From the IMG/VR virus record IMGVR_UViG_3300027659_000019: 28,827 nt of DNA; one strand, written 5' to 3'. The notes beneath the pieces were generated by a model that was given only the letters and a program-made list of their open reading frames with translations, made no database searches and was not told the origin of the DNA. Each line of letters starts with the position of its first letter. The stretch's first letter is position 1. This DNA comes from an uncultured virus (IMG/VR IMGVR_UViG_3300027659_000019) (Duplodnaviria; Heunggongvirae; Uroviricota; Caudoviricetes). A program made the position numbers and the translations under genes. Below, piece after piece: positions 1-9,350 of the stretch.

Positions 1-906
1 AAGATTCAAACTGATCCAGACGTAGCGCCGTATCTTCCAGACACCCTATACCGAGATCCAATAACTATTGCTTTAGATAAAAAAACCGCTTCTCTCTATA
101 ACTTTATTGCTGATGAATTAAGTAATGAATTAATTGAGGCGCAACAACTTCTTGGTGCATCGTTTTCATTGTTTGCTCACTACGGCCACGAAAATAAAAT
201 AGGAAGTCCTGCAGATATGATGCGTGGATCAATTATGTCTAAAATCACTGCCTTACGTATGCTCTGTGATCACCCACAACTACTGGAAAGTAGCGCTAAA
301 TTATTTGAGGAACAGCAAGGAAATGGAAGCGCTTATGCGTCAAGTTTAAAAGCACGAGGATTGTTAGAAGGGGTAGTTAAATCTCAGAAACTGCAAGAAT
401 TAAAAACATATGTAACTGATCACCTAGACACAGACCCAGACGCAAAAGTTGTTGTGTTTACATCGTGGGTAGGTATGTTGGAATTAATACACGCAGAGTT
501 AGGTGGGACCCTTTACACAGGCAGTATGAACGCCAAAGAAAAAGAAGCCAGCAAAGAGAAGTTCTTGACTGATCCAGATTGCCGTGTGTTTATATCTTCA
601 GACGCGGGTGGATACGGGGTTGATTTGCCCAACGCAAACTTGTTAGTAAATTACGATCTGCCCTGGTCAGCGGGATTAGCGGTACAACGCAATGGGCGCA
701 TCAAACGAGCCTCAAGCCGTTGGCCTAGTATTACTATTCAAGACATCATTGTTGGGAATTCAATAGAAGAACGTCAACATGATATGCTCCAGCAGAAGAA
801 CGCTGTAGCGGACGCAGTGATGGATGGGCAAGGAATTAACTCCAAAGGAGGAGTTGACCTGACTGTTGGAAGCCTGATAGGGTTCTTACAGAAGGAAAGA
901 CCGTAA
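1..906 (+). CDS. SNF2-family (SF2) helicase, C-terminal part (5' truncated)
   Basis: Frame is open from base 1. HELICc motifs: KVVVFTSW, FISSDAGGYGVDL, LVNYDLPWS, QRNGRIKR, SIEER. Confidence 0.9.
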   Translation, partial: KIQTDPDVAPYLPDTLYRDPITIALDKKTASLYNFIADELSNELIEAQQLLGASFSLFAHYGHENKIGSPADMMRGSIMSKITALRMLCDHPQLLESSAKLFEEQQGNGSAYASSLKARGLLEGVVKSQKLQELKTYVTDHLDTDPDAKVVVFTSWVGMLELIHAELGGTLYTGSMNAKEKEASKEKFLTDPDCRVFISSDAGGYGVDLPNANLLVNYDLPWSAGLAVQRNGRIKRASSRWPSITIQDIIVGNSIEERQHDMLQQKNAVADAVMDGQGINSKGGVDLTVGSLIGFLQKERP

Positions 907-915
907 GGGGGAAAT

Positions 916-1356
916 ATGGCAAGAGTAAAACCAACAGAACCACGAAGTGCTGATGCAGATGATTTTTCAGCACAAGCAAAAAACTATGCTTTTATTAAGC
1001 GACAACTTGAATATTGGGAAAAGCAACAAAAAGAAGCCAAAGAAAAGTTGTTTGAAAAACTTGATGTTGACGGAGAACCTGATTCATCTGGAAATATTGT
1101 AATTGAATTATCAGAAGACATTGACGGCATTGTTGCTGTTGTAAAACAACGCAGAGTAAGTCGTAAGATTGATGAAACACGTGCCTTTGCACTTATTGAA
1201 AAAAAGGGTTTGCGTGACACTCTCATTGTAACTAAGGAAATTGTTGATGAAGATGCGCTTATGGCCGCTTTGTATAGCGACGAACTTACTGAGGAAGAAA
1301 TTGAAGAGATGTACCCACAGAGCGTAGTGTGGGCATTAGTAATGAAGAAGAGATAA
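916..1356 (+). CDS. Hypothetical phage protein (coiled-coil N-terminus, weak Gam-like resemblance)
   Basis: AAGGGGG RBS; packed operon context; 146 aa. Confidence 0.7.
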   Translation: MARVKPTEPRSADADDFSAQAKNYAFIKRQLEYWEKQQKEAKEKLFEKLDVDGEPDSSGNIVIELSEDIDGIVAVVKQRRVSRKIDETRAFALIEKKGLRDTLIVTKEIVDEDALMAALYSDELTEEEIEEMYPQSVVWALVMKKR

Positions 1357-1359
1357 TCA

Positions 1360-1836
1360 ATGGCGGGGTTGCGTGGGCAGGATGAGATCGAGGCAGCATT
1401 CGCTGACCTTGAGTATGTTCCTGGGTCAAAACGCAAACGTCGTGATTTAGATCTAAAAGTTTCTCGCCGTAAAAGCGGTGAGAGTAATGGTTGGGATGCA
1501 AACCCAATTATTAAAACGTTAAATGGAGAAGAAACAGAAGTCTTTACTATCGGCGCACTTGCGTTGGCTTTAGAAAAGACAATTGTTACGATCCGTTTAT
1601 GGGAGCGCAAAGGGTATATCCCACGTGCACCGTATCGTCTTCGGTCTAAAACCTTAAAGGGTCAAAAGACTGGTGGCAATCGTGTGTACACCAGAGCGCT
1701 CATTGAATCTACGATTGAAGAGTTTAATCGTAGAGGCTTACTAGGCGCCGCTCGTGTAGAGTGGAGCCAACACGATGACCTTACAGAAACTTTAGTAAAA
1801 AACTGGAAAGTCATCACATCCACCGAGAGCCAATAG
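1360..1836 (+). CDS. MerR-like HTH DNA-binding protein
   Basis: FTIGALALALEKTIVTIRLWERKGYIP...GNRVYT matches the MerR winged-HTH pattern. Confidence 0.8.
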   Translation: MAGLRGQDEIEAAFADLEYVPGSKRKRRDLDLKVSRRKSGESNGWDANPIIKTLNGEETEVFTIGALALALEKTIVTIRLWERKGYIPRAPYRLRSKTLKGQKTGGNRVYTRALIESTIEEFNRRGLLGAARVEWSQHDDLTETLVKNWKVITSTESQ

Positions 1837-1858
1837 GTCTCATTACCAAAGGAAACAA

Positions 1859-2506
1859 ATGCCCATCACAAAACCAACGGTAGAGGCAGATGCGTATCTG
1901 TCTGAAGATACCGAAGATGCAATGCCCAAGGTCGGAACAACAGTCCAGCAAGGCTGGGATGCTTTCGACTCACTCGTACAAGAGAACTCTTCTGAGTTCC
2001 CAACTGACTTCAAGTTCAGCGATGAACCACAACTTGTAAAGTTTCTTGAAGATCAGCCATTTGCTTCATACGAACAACACTGGATTGAACGCCCAAAGGG
2101 TAAGAAGTCCTTTGTTTGCATTGGGGATACATGCCCAATGTGCGACATCATTGGAGACAAGCCACGTGGCAAGTTCTCATTCAACGTACTTGTACTTTCA
2201 GGGGATGTACAAGGAGTTCAAATCCTTACAGCACCACCATCACTTGCACGCCAGATTAAGAAGGCGCATGACGATGAGCGTAAAGGACCTCTTTCAAAGG
2301 AGTTCTGGGAAGTTTCTCGCCTAGGTTCAGGACCAACAACACAGTACACCCTCAACTTTGTTCGTGGGCGTGACCTGGCTGAGGAATGGAAGTTGAGTAG
2401 CGACGCTGTTCAAGAGTTAGTAGTAGCCGCTGTACCGTTCACAGCAGAAGTTATTCGAGAGACCCCTCGCTCCGAAATGCTTGAGGTTGCTCGCTCTGTA
2501 GCGTAA
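1859..2506 (+). CDS. Putative ssDNA-binding protein (T4 gp32-like)
   Basis: HW...C-x4-CPxC Zn site, FNVLVL, SRLGSGPTTQY; lies just upstream of the polymerase. Confidence 0.65.
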   Translation: MPITKPTVEADAYLSEDTEDAMPKVGTTVQQGWDAFDSLVQENSSEFPTDFKFSDEPQLVKFLEDQPFASYEQHWIERPKGKKSFVCIGDTCPMCDIIGDKPRGKFSFNVLVLSGDVQGVQILTAPPSLARQIKKAHDDERKGPLSKEFWEVSRLGSGPTTQYTLNFVRGRDLAEEWKLSSDAVQELVVAAVPFTAEVIRETPRSEMLEVARSVA

Positions 2507-2519
2507 GCACACTTCCACC

Positions 2520-2571
2520 GTGGGAGAGTCTGTTCACTACTAGGGACAGGCTCTCTCACATTACACTTTTT
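2520..2571 (+). promoter_or_regulatory. 16-bp RNA hairpin between SSB and polymerase (terminator, processing site or operator)
   Basis: GTGGGAGAGTCTGTTC (2520-2535) pairs with 2544-2559 using three G-U pairs. A T5 run and the polymerase RBS follow. Confidence 0.6.
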
Positions 2572-2583
2572 GAGGGGATTTAA

Positions 2584-4584
2584 ATGAATATTATTACGAC
2601 TAAAGAACAGTTAGAAGACCTTGTTGAGTTTTACTCCAAGGTTGATGCGTTTGCTTTTGACGTTGAAACAGTTGGTGAGAATCGAATCCAACCAGTTGTC
2701 AACGACGTTATGTGGATCTCGTTTGCAACAGAGGGCCGCACAGATGTTATACCTATGGGACATCCCAACGGTGATTTTTTGCATTGGGATAAAGAACTTC
2801 TTTTAAGTGGTCAACGTAAATCTGATGCAGGCAAAACATTAACGGACGCAGATTACTCAAAGAATCAAGCCAAGTGGACACCAGTGTTTGGTGAGCCACC
2901 TGTGCAACTTCTTCCTGGAGACGTGTTTAAAGCAGTAAAACCATTATTTTTTAGTAACAAGTTAAAAATTGGTCACAATGTAAAGTTTGATTTAAAGTCG
3001 ATTGCAAAGTATTACCGTGGTGTAGTCCCTACTAAACCATTTTTTGACACGTTGATGGCAATGTTTGTTATTGACAATAGAAACCGTAATGCTTTAGGTC
3101 TTGCAGCCTGTGCTGAAAAAGTTTTAGGAATTAAAGTTGAAAAAGGTATTGGTGCTATGGTCGAGGTTCACTCTTTTAGTGACGTTGCTCATTATTCTGG
3201 TTTTGACGCCGAGGTCACTTGGAAGTTATACAAGGCTTTAGAGCCTCGCCTTGAGGGATCTTTAAAGCGTGTATGGGCTTTAGAGATGGATGTGGTGGCT
3301 GCTCTTTGCGATATGGAGTTGACTGGGGCAACGATCGATGTTGAAGAGTTAAAGGCACTTAAAGCACGACTTGATATTGATATTGATGCGGCAAAAGCAA
3401 AGGCTTGGAAGTTAACTGGCAAACCATTTTTAATGAATTCAGTTAAAGAAAAACAAGAGTTGTTGTTTTCTCCCGCACCTGAAGGTCGTGGAATCAAACC
3501 TAATCTTCGTATTCGCGTTGCTCTAACGGTAAAAGGGCAAGAAGTTGCTGCAAATAATCCTGAAGCATTGGGTATAAAGCACTTTTCTGTATCGTCAGAT
3601 GCTTTAGAGTTTTACCGATCTAAAGATGAACTAGTAGATGCAATCTTGGAGTATCAAGACTTAAACAAGTTGATGACTACTTACGTTATGCCTTATCTTG
3701 GCGGTGAGATCACTCGGACAACAATGGGTAAAGAAAAAATTGTTGATAAAAAAAGCCTTATGATTAGTGGCAAAGTGCATACAAATTTTAAAGCGCACGG
3801 AGCAGAGACAGGTCGTTTCTCCAGTAGTGATCCAAACCTTCAAAACATCCCTAGTAGTGGACAGTATGGAAAGTTAATTCGTAATCTATTTGTTGCACCA
3901 CCAGGGCATAAGTTGATCATGGCAGACTACTCACAGATTGAACCTAGAATTATTGCTTCTTTTTCAAACGACCCAATTATGGTTGAGAATTACCGTAGCG
4001 GTGGAGATATCTACACAACTATTGGTGACACTATGGGAGTAGACCGTAAAGCAGGTAAAGTACTTGTGCTGTCTATTGCGTACGGAGTTGGTCCTGAAAA
4101 GATTGCTCAAAGCATTGGGTGTTCTGTAACGGCTGCTAAAGACCTTCTAAACCGTTTTGAGGCTCAGTTTAACGACATTGCTAAGTACAAGGCAAAGGTG
4201 ATACGCCAAGCCTCTGCAAAGGCTCCAATACCTTATGTTGAGACTATCTTTGGTCGACGCCGTTACATCCCTGAACTTAAGAGCCGTGAGCGTGGGTTAA
4301 AGGCTAGAGCAGATCGACAGGCGTTTAACACGGTAATTCAAGGATCTGCAGCAGATTTAATGAAATTAGCAATGGTAAGAGCCCATTCCTGTTTTGTTGA
4401 TGAGCCAGGGGCTAATGTTATTTTGACTGTGCACGACGAACTCGTTACAGTTGCTCGTGAAGATCTTGCAGAAGAGGTTGCGGAAGCAATTCGTGAGTCT
4501 ATGGAAGGCATCAAACTTCCAGAGATTACAGTTCCTCTTATTGCCGAGGTAAAAATAGTTAACAAATGGGGAGAAGCAAAATGA
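2584..4584 (+). CDS. polA: Family A DNA polymerase with 3'-5' exonuclease, no 5' nuclease domain
   Basis: Exo motifs FDVET, GHNVKFD, YSGFDA; TGRFSSSDPNLQNIP; motif A DYSQIEPR; motif B RKAGKVLVLSIAYG; motif C VHDEL. Confidence 0.97.
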   Translation: MNIITTKEQLEDLVEFYSKVDAFAFDVETVGENRIQPVVNDVMWISFATEGRTDVIPMGHPNGDFLHWDKELLLSGQRKSDAGKTLTDADYSKNQAKWTPVFGEPPVQLLPGDVFKAVKPLFFSNKLKIGHNVKFDLKSIAKYYRGVVPTKPFFDTLMAMFVIDNRNRNALGLAACAEKVLGIKVEKGIGAMVEVHSFSDVAHYSGFDAEVTWKLYKALEPRLEGSLKRVWALEMDVVAALCDMELTGATIDVEELKALKARLDIDIDAAKAKAWKLTGKPFLMNSVKEKQELLFSPAPEGRGIKPNLRIRVALTVKGQEVAANNPEALGIKHFSVSSDALEFYRSKDELVDAILEYQDLNKLMTTYVMPYLGGEITRTTMGKEKIVDKKSLMISGKVHTNFKAHGAETGRFSSSDPNLQNIPSSGQYGKLIRNLFVAPPGHKLIMADYSQIEPRIIASFSNDPIMVENYRSGGDIYTTIGDTMGVDRKAGKVLVLSIAYGVGPEKIAQSIGCSVTAAKDLLNRFEAQFNDIAKYKAKVIRQASAKAPIPYVETIFGRRRYIPELKSRERGLKARADRQAFNTVIQGSAADLMKLAMVRAHSCFVDEPGANVILTVHDELVTVAREDLAEEVAEAIRESMEGIKLPEITVPLIAEVKIVNKWGEAK

Positions 4585-4955
4585 GTAATGCAGATTGGTG
4601 GGCTAAACAACTAGGCACACAACCAGTGCAGCCACAGGCAAGGCCAACAGATGTTCCAATGCCTCCCTCACAGCAACCGATGACACCGTACCAAGCACCG
4701 CAACCACAAACACCTTCATTACGAATTGGCAGTGCAAGTCAAACCGCTTCATGCCCTGAGTGTGGTGGAACTAACTACATGGCAATACAAAACGCGGCTC
4801 CTCGTTGTTATGACTGCGGCTACCCCATTAACCAATCAGGAAGCCGATATGGAGCATTGACTGGTGCAAAAGTAGAAGGCGGAACTAAATCTGCTGCTGG
4901 TAATGATGTTGCAAGTAACTGGAACCCACAAGGAATCATTGGAAGGATTAACTAG
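4581..4955 (+). CDS. Zn-ribbon protein with Pro/Gln-rich N-terminus
   Basis: ATGA overlap with the polA stop (start at 4581 preferred over 4566); CPEC...CYDC. Confidence 0.75.
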   Translation: MSNADWWAKQLGTQPVQPQARPTDVPMPPSQQPMTPYQAPQPQTPSLRIGSASQTASCPECGGTNYMAIQNAAPRCYDCGYPINQSGSRYGALTGAKVEGGTKSAAGNDVASNWNPQGIIGRIN

Positions 4956-6001
4956 TGAATGATGAAGCCAAAAAGATCGTTGCTCAACTCAACAAAAAGT
5001 TTGGTGCGGGTGTTGTTGTGGTCGCTAGTGACATTCGTTCCGATATTATGCCTCGTTTTACCTCTGGTTCTACTACGTTGGATTACGTCCTTGGAGGAGG
5101 ATTTCCTGGAAACCAGTGGAACGAATTAATTGGAGAACCATCTCACGGCAAAACAGCGGTGGCATTAAAAACTATTGCTGCTAACCAAGCAAAAGACCCA
5201 GAGTTTACAACTGTGTGGGTTGCCGCCGAACAATGGGTACCAGAGTACGCAGCAATGTGCGGGGTTGATTCAAACCGAGTAATTGTTATTGAAACAACAG
5301 TTATGGAAGAGGCATACCAAGCAGTTATTCAATTTGCTGAGTCACAATCAGTAGATGCAATTGTTCTTGATTCATTACCAGCGTTATCTCCAGCCCCTGA
5401 AATGGCAAAAGATATGGATGAAATGACCGTTGGTCGTGGCGCCCTTCTTACTAATAAGTTTTTTCGTGTAGTGGGTGCAGCAATGAAACGAAGCCTAACT
5501 GAAAATGAACGACCTATTCTTGGCCTTATTATTAACCAGTACCGTATGAAGATCGGGGTAATGCACGGTGATCCACGTACCACTCCTGGTGGACAAGGTA
5601 AAGATTATGCGTTTTTTACTCGTTGTGAAGTAAAGCGTGATGAGTGGATTGAGATTGGCCCTAGCGGAAACAAAAACCGCATTGGTCAACGTATAAAAGT
5701 ACGGGTATTAAAAAATAAAACTGCTCCACCACAACGTATAGCCTACTTTGATTTTTATTTTGCTGAAGGTGGAGAATGTAATCCAGGTGAGTATGACTTT
5801 GCTAAAGAAATTGCGTCCCTTGCGGTTGTAAAAGGAATAATTGATCGTAAAGGTGGATGGTATTACTTTGGAGACCGCAAATGGCAAGGTATTGAACCTG
5901 TTATAGATAGCCTTCGTGCAGAAATTGATTTTAAAGAAGAAGTTCAAAAAGCAGTGTTTGAAACTAGCGATTTACCAATGGGAGTTTTAGATGACGAATA
6001 G
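4955..6001 (+). CDS. recA: RecA/UvsX-like recombinase
   Basis: SGSTTLDYVLGGGFP; Walker A GEPSHGKT; Walker B IVLDSL; INQYRMKIGVMHGDPRTTPGG; KNKTAPP. Confidence 0.95.
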   Translation: MNDEAKKIVAQLNKKFGAGVVVVASDIRSDIMPRFTSGSTTLDYVLGGGFPGNQWNELIGEPSHGKTAVALKTIAANQAKDPEFTTVWVAAEQWVPEYAAMCGVDSNRVIVIETTVMEEAYQAVIQFAESQSVDAIVLDSLPALSPAPEMAKDMDEMTVGRGALLTNKFFRVVGAAMKRSLTENERPILGLIINQYRMKIGVMHGDPRTTPGGQGKDYAFFTRCEVKRDEWIEIGPSGNKNRIGQRIKVRVLKNKTAPPQRIAYFDFYFAEGGECNPGEYDFAKEIASLAVVKGIIDRKGGWYYFGDRKWQGIEPVIDSLRAEIDFKEEVQKAVFETSDLPMGVLDDE

Positions 6002-6239
6002 AGAGTTTATTGTTAATGATGGTGATTGGGCGCATGAGTTAGAGACAGGTGTTGCTGACTATACAGACATGTTGTTTGAAGCCGTGTATGAAGGGTCAGA
6101 AGATGAAATTCCTGAAACTTTATCTAAAGAACTTTTTTGCGGTTGCGCAGAGTGTTTTTGGCGTGAAGCACTCTTTTACCTTGTACCTCGTTTGCTCAAA
6201 GGGTACAACGAAGGAAAGATAGAACTTCTTGAAGAGTGA
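5991..6239 (+). CDS. Small acidic hypothetical protein (FCGCxxC)
   Basis: GGGAG RBS; overlaps both neighbours. Confidence 0.7.
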   Translation: MTNREFIVNDGDWAHELETGVADYTDMLFEAVYEGSEDEIPETLSKELFCGCAECFWREALFYLVPRLLKGYNEGKIELLEE

Positions 6240-6549
6240 GGGGCAAAAACAGTCCCAAAAGCATGAAAAAAGATTGGCTAAATTAGTGGGAGGATCAACA
6301 ACAGCGGCTTCTGGGGCTTTTTGGTCTAGAAAAGGCGATGTTAGATCAGACGATTTACTTATAGAACATAAATGGACTGGTAAAAAAACTAAAACTATTA
6401 AAGCAGAAGAACTAGAAAAAATAACCACAGAAGCAATCATTGACGGTAGAACACCTGTGTTTGGGATTAGCCTAAACAACAAGAATTATGTAATATTAGT
6501 CGAAGATGATTTCATCGAGATGAGGGAGAAACTAAAGGATGACCACTAA
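6229..6549 (+). CDS. PD-(D/E)xK Holliday junction resolvase (Hjc type)
   Basis: HEKRLAK...SGA...KGDV...LIEHK; TTG start. Confidence 0.75.
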   Translation: MKSEGQKQSQKHEKRLAKLVGGSTTAASGAFWSRKGDVRSDDLLIEHKWTGKKTKTIKAEELEKITTEAIIDGRTPVFGISLNNKNYVILVEDDFIEMREKLKDDH

Positions 6550-6879
6550 ATGGAAGAAGAGCCCGATTACGTCTGGCGCTACAAAGCCCGTTGCAAAGGT
6601 AAAGATGAAACAACTCTTATCTTTTACCCTCCTCGCGACAAGGACCTCTATAAAAGTTTGGCGACTCAAGCGAAAGGTTTCTGTTTTGGAGAAACAGGTA
6701 AAAACCCTTGTCCAGTCAGAACCGAGTGCCTCTGGGATGCGGTGTCCCGTGATGAACCCCACGGAATTTGGGGAGGACTCTCGCACAGAGAAAGAAACGC
6801 TTTAGTTCGTAAGTGGCAAAAGAAGTTTAAGAAAAAAATGACTCTTAAAGAGTTTATATCTAACATAGATAAGGACTAA
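6550..6879 (+). CDS. whiB: WhiB-family Fe-S transcription regulator
   Basis: Four Cys, CPVRTEC, GIWGGLSHRER, basic tail. Confidence 0.9.
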   Translation: MEEEPDYVWRYKARCKGKDETTLIFYPPRDKDLYKSLATQAKGFCFGETGKNPCPVRTECLWDAVSRDEPHGIWGGLSHRERNALVRKWQKKFKKKMTLKEFISNIDKD

Positions 6880-6882
6880 AAC

Positions 6883-7728
6883 ATGGTAGTAAAAAACGAT
6901 CTTCAAAAGTTTTTAGATACCAAGAAAACAGAAACACGCCTTCTTGGTCCTATTGAGCGTCATCTAATGCGTAAGGCTCCAGGAGATCGTAATACAACCG
7001 TTTTACACCCATCAGAAATGATTAAGGCTGATTTTTGTTACCGTTATTCTGCTTACCTTTTAATGGGAGGTAAGAAAAAACAAGATAACCCAAATCTTAG
7101 ACTGCAAAACATTTTTGATGAAGGACATTTTATTCACGCTAAATGGCAAAACCGCATATATGAAATGGGTAATATGTGGGGAGATTTTAAATGCCAAAGT
7201 TGTAATAAGACTACTTCAGGACTTTCTCCTCAGACCTGTGAGCACTGCAACTCAACCACACTTGTTTATGATGAAGTAAAAGTTGTTGATCCAACACTTC
7301 GTATTGCAGGCCACACAGATGGTTGGGTTAAGGGTCTTGGTGAGGACTTCCTTATTGAGATTAAATCAATTGGAGAAGGAACACTTCGTTTTGAAGCACC
7401 AGAGTTACTTCGTGATGCTGATTATGATTTAAAAAAGGCTTGGCGCAACATACGTCGACCATTTCGTGGGCACTTGTTGCAGGGTCAAATGTACTTAGAA
7501 CTGGCTCGTCGTATGTTTGGCGAAGAAGCGCCAAAAGAAATTGTATTTTTATATGAGTTGAAGATGGATCAAGACTACAAGGAGTTCACAGTAAAGGCGG
7601 ATTACGATGTCGTTGATAGGATTTTCTACAAAGCAAAGCAGATTAATGACGCGGTTGACGCTGGTGTTCTACTTAAGTGTAATATTGATTCCAGTGGTTG
7701 TAAGCAGTGCGATTTAATTGAGGAGTAA
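6883..7728 (+). CDS. Cas4-like PD-(D/E)xK exonuclease with Zn-ribbon insertion
   Basis: HPSE, GHFIH, GHTDG, IEIKS, QGQMY, C-terminal C...CKQC. Confidence 0.8.
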   Translation: MVVKNDLQKFLDTKKTETRLLGPIERHLMRKAPGDRNTTVLHPSEMIKADFCYRYSAYLLMGGKKKQDNPNLRLQNIFDEGHFIHAKWQNRIYEMGNMWGDFKCQSCNKTTSGLSPQTCEHCNSTTLVYDEVKVVDPTLRIAGHTDGWVKGLGEDFLIEIKSIGEGTLRFEAPELLRDADYDLKKAWRNIRRPFRGHLLQGQMYLELARRMFGEEAPKEIVFLYELKMDQDYKEFTVKADYDVVDRIFYKAKQINDAVDAGVLLKCNIDSSGCKQCDLIEE

Positions 7729-7730
7729 GT

Positions 7731-8186
7731 ATGGAACTAAGCCCAATGATGCGGGGAGGGTTGGACCTTCCAAAACCAGCCTATGATCAAGCAGTACTTC
7801 CACCAGACATAACAGAACTAAATAGTGAGCAACTTGCAGAGATGTTTACTGTCCTTACAGGTTGGGCCGACTATATGTCTAGCCAATTGGTGCAGGCTCA
7901 GTTGGCCGAACGCGATGCCCTGCGTAAGTCTGAGTTTGTCGAAAGCAAAGCGCTTGTGAGGTTAACTACAGGGGCCCCTAAAGGGACTACAGTTTCGTTA
8001 ATAAAGGCTCAAATTGATATTGACCCAGATATCCAGGATTTGCGGGATAAGTACGAAGAGAAGTATGCTTATCGAAAGATCTTAGAAATGATGTTAAACA
8101 ACCAAGAACGGGACATCACGTTAGTTTCACGAGAAATTAGCCGTAGATCACAAACTATGGGTCGGAGGGATTCATTTATATTATGA
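7731..8186 (+). CDS. Helical hypothetical protein, possibly a UvsY-like recombination mediator
   Basis: All-helical pattern with IKAQIDIDPDI; sits in the recombination block. Function is inferred. Confidence 0.5.
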   Translation: MELSPMMRGGLDLPKPAYDQAVLPPDITELNSEQLAEMFTVLTGWADYMSSQLVQAQLAERDALRKSEFVESKALVRLTTGAPKGTTVSLIKAQIDIDPDIQDLRDKYEEKYAYRKILEMMLNNQERDITLVSREISRRSQTMGRRDSFIL

Positions 8187-9073
8187 AAAAATTATTACTT
8201 GTTTTAGGGCTGCTTTTAGCCTCAGTACACCCAGCACACGCCAATACGCCGCCAACTATTGTTGTTATCGATACAGGTACCAACACTTCCTTGTTTAAAG
8301 ACAATATTGCTTACGAGGTTTGTTTATTGACCTCATTTACGTGTCCTAATGGGAAGTTAACAATGGAAGGAAAAGGCGCAGCCAATATTCCAGTATCTAC
8401 AAACAAAGCCCTAAACCACGGCACTCAAATGATCTCTTTAGTTCTTCGTTTTAACCCATCAGCCAAGATTATTCCTATTCGTATTGTGGGAATATCTCCA
8501 GCAGGTACTCCAGGGTTTTACTCTATGGAAGATGTACAGAACGCTTTTAATTGGATTGTTGCCAATCAAGTAAAGCACAATATTGCAGTTGTAAGCCTTG
8601 CACAGGGTGCAGTGTTCCCAAACTGTCAAGTTCCAAAAGGAATGGCTGAAAGTATTGCAAAACTTAAAACAGCACATGTCCCAGTAATTACTGCAGTAGG
8701 TAACGATAGAAACCGAACTGGGGTGTTTTCACCAGCGTGTTTGCCTGATGCAGTGTCAGTTGGAGCAACAGACAATCCGTGGCCAGGTTCAGAACCTATT
8801 GAATACGATTCAAATGCTGCCCCATATATTGCTCGGTACAGCAACGGCGCACAGGGACAGACTGACTTCTTTTTAAATGGTCGTTGGAATGCTAAACAAT
8901 TAAATGGAACAACAAAGTTTACTACGGGCACCTCAAATGCTGCTGCAGCGTTTGCTGGATGGTGGTTACTAAATAAAAAAACAACTTTTGACGAAACCTT
9001 TAAAGCATTAATGGCTACAACTATTGATACTAAGAATGAGTTTCAGACAGGAAAATATGTCAGACTCCCTTAA
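8183..9073 (+). CDS. Secreted subtilisin-like (S8) serine protease
   Basis: Signal peptide ending AHA; triad VIDTG / NHGTQM / GTSNAA; oxyanion AVGND. Confidence 0.88.
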   Translation: MKKLLLVLGLLLASVHPAHANTPPTIVVIDTGTNTSLFKDNIAYEVCLLTSFTCPNGKLTMEGKGAANIPVSTNKALNHGTQMISLVLRFNPSAKIIPIRIVGISPAGTPGFYSMEDVQNAFNWIVANQVKHNIAVVSLAQGAVFPNCQVPKGMAESIAKLKTAHVPVITAVGNDRNRTGVFSPACLPDAVSVGATDNPWPGSEPIEYDSNAAPYIARYSNGAQGQTDFFLNGRWNAKQLNGTTKFTTGTSNAAAAFAGWWLLNKKTTFDETFKALMATTIDTKNEFQTGKYVRLP

Positions 9074-9350
9074 GTCTATTCTTCAAGAAGCAGAGGAACT
9101 TATCCATGGCGATCGTAACTACACCTACGATCATCCACTTGACAACTTCAACCGTATTAAAAAAGGTTGGGAAGTTATTTTTGGTATTGACATTACTGAA
9201 GAACAAGTGGGATTAGCAATGGCATGGGTAAAGATTGCAAGAGAGGCCTACATGCATAAGCGAGATAACTTGACGGACGGGGCAGGTTATCTTGGGACCA
9301 TTGAAATGGTCATAGATGAAAGAAACCTCCGTGCCAACAAAACTGTTTGA
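9057..9350 (+). CDS. DUF6378-like all-alpha protein
   Basis: SILQEAEELIHGDR..Y.HP.DNF.RI...W...KIAR...KRDNLTDGAGY; ATG at 9057 follows AGGA. Confidence 0.8.
   Translation: MSDSLKSILQEAEELIHGDRNYTYDHPLDNFNRIKKGWEVIFGIDITEEQVGLAMAWVKIAREAYMHKRDNLTDGAGYLGTIEMVIDERNLRANKTV

Noticed and set aside
6883..7728. Cas4-like gene as evidence of a CRISPR-Cas system
   Set aside because: No repeat-spacer array or other cas genes; solo Cas4-like nucleases are common in phage replication modules.
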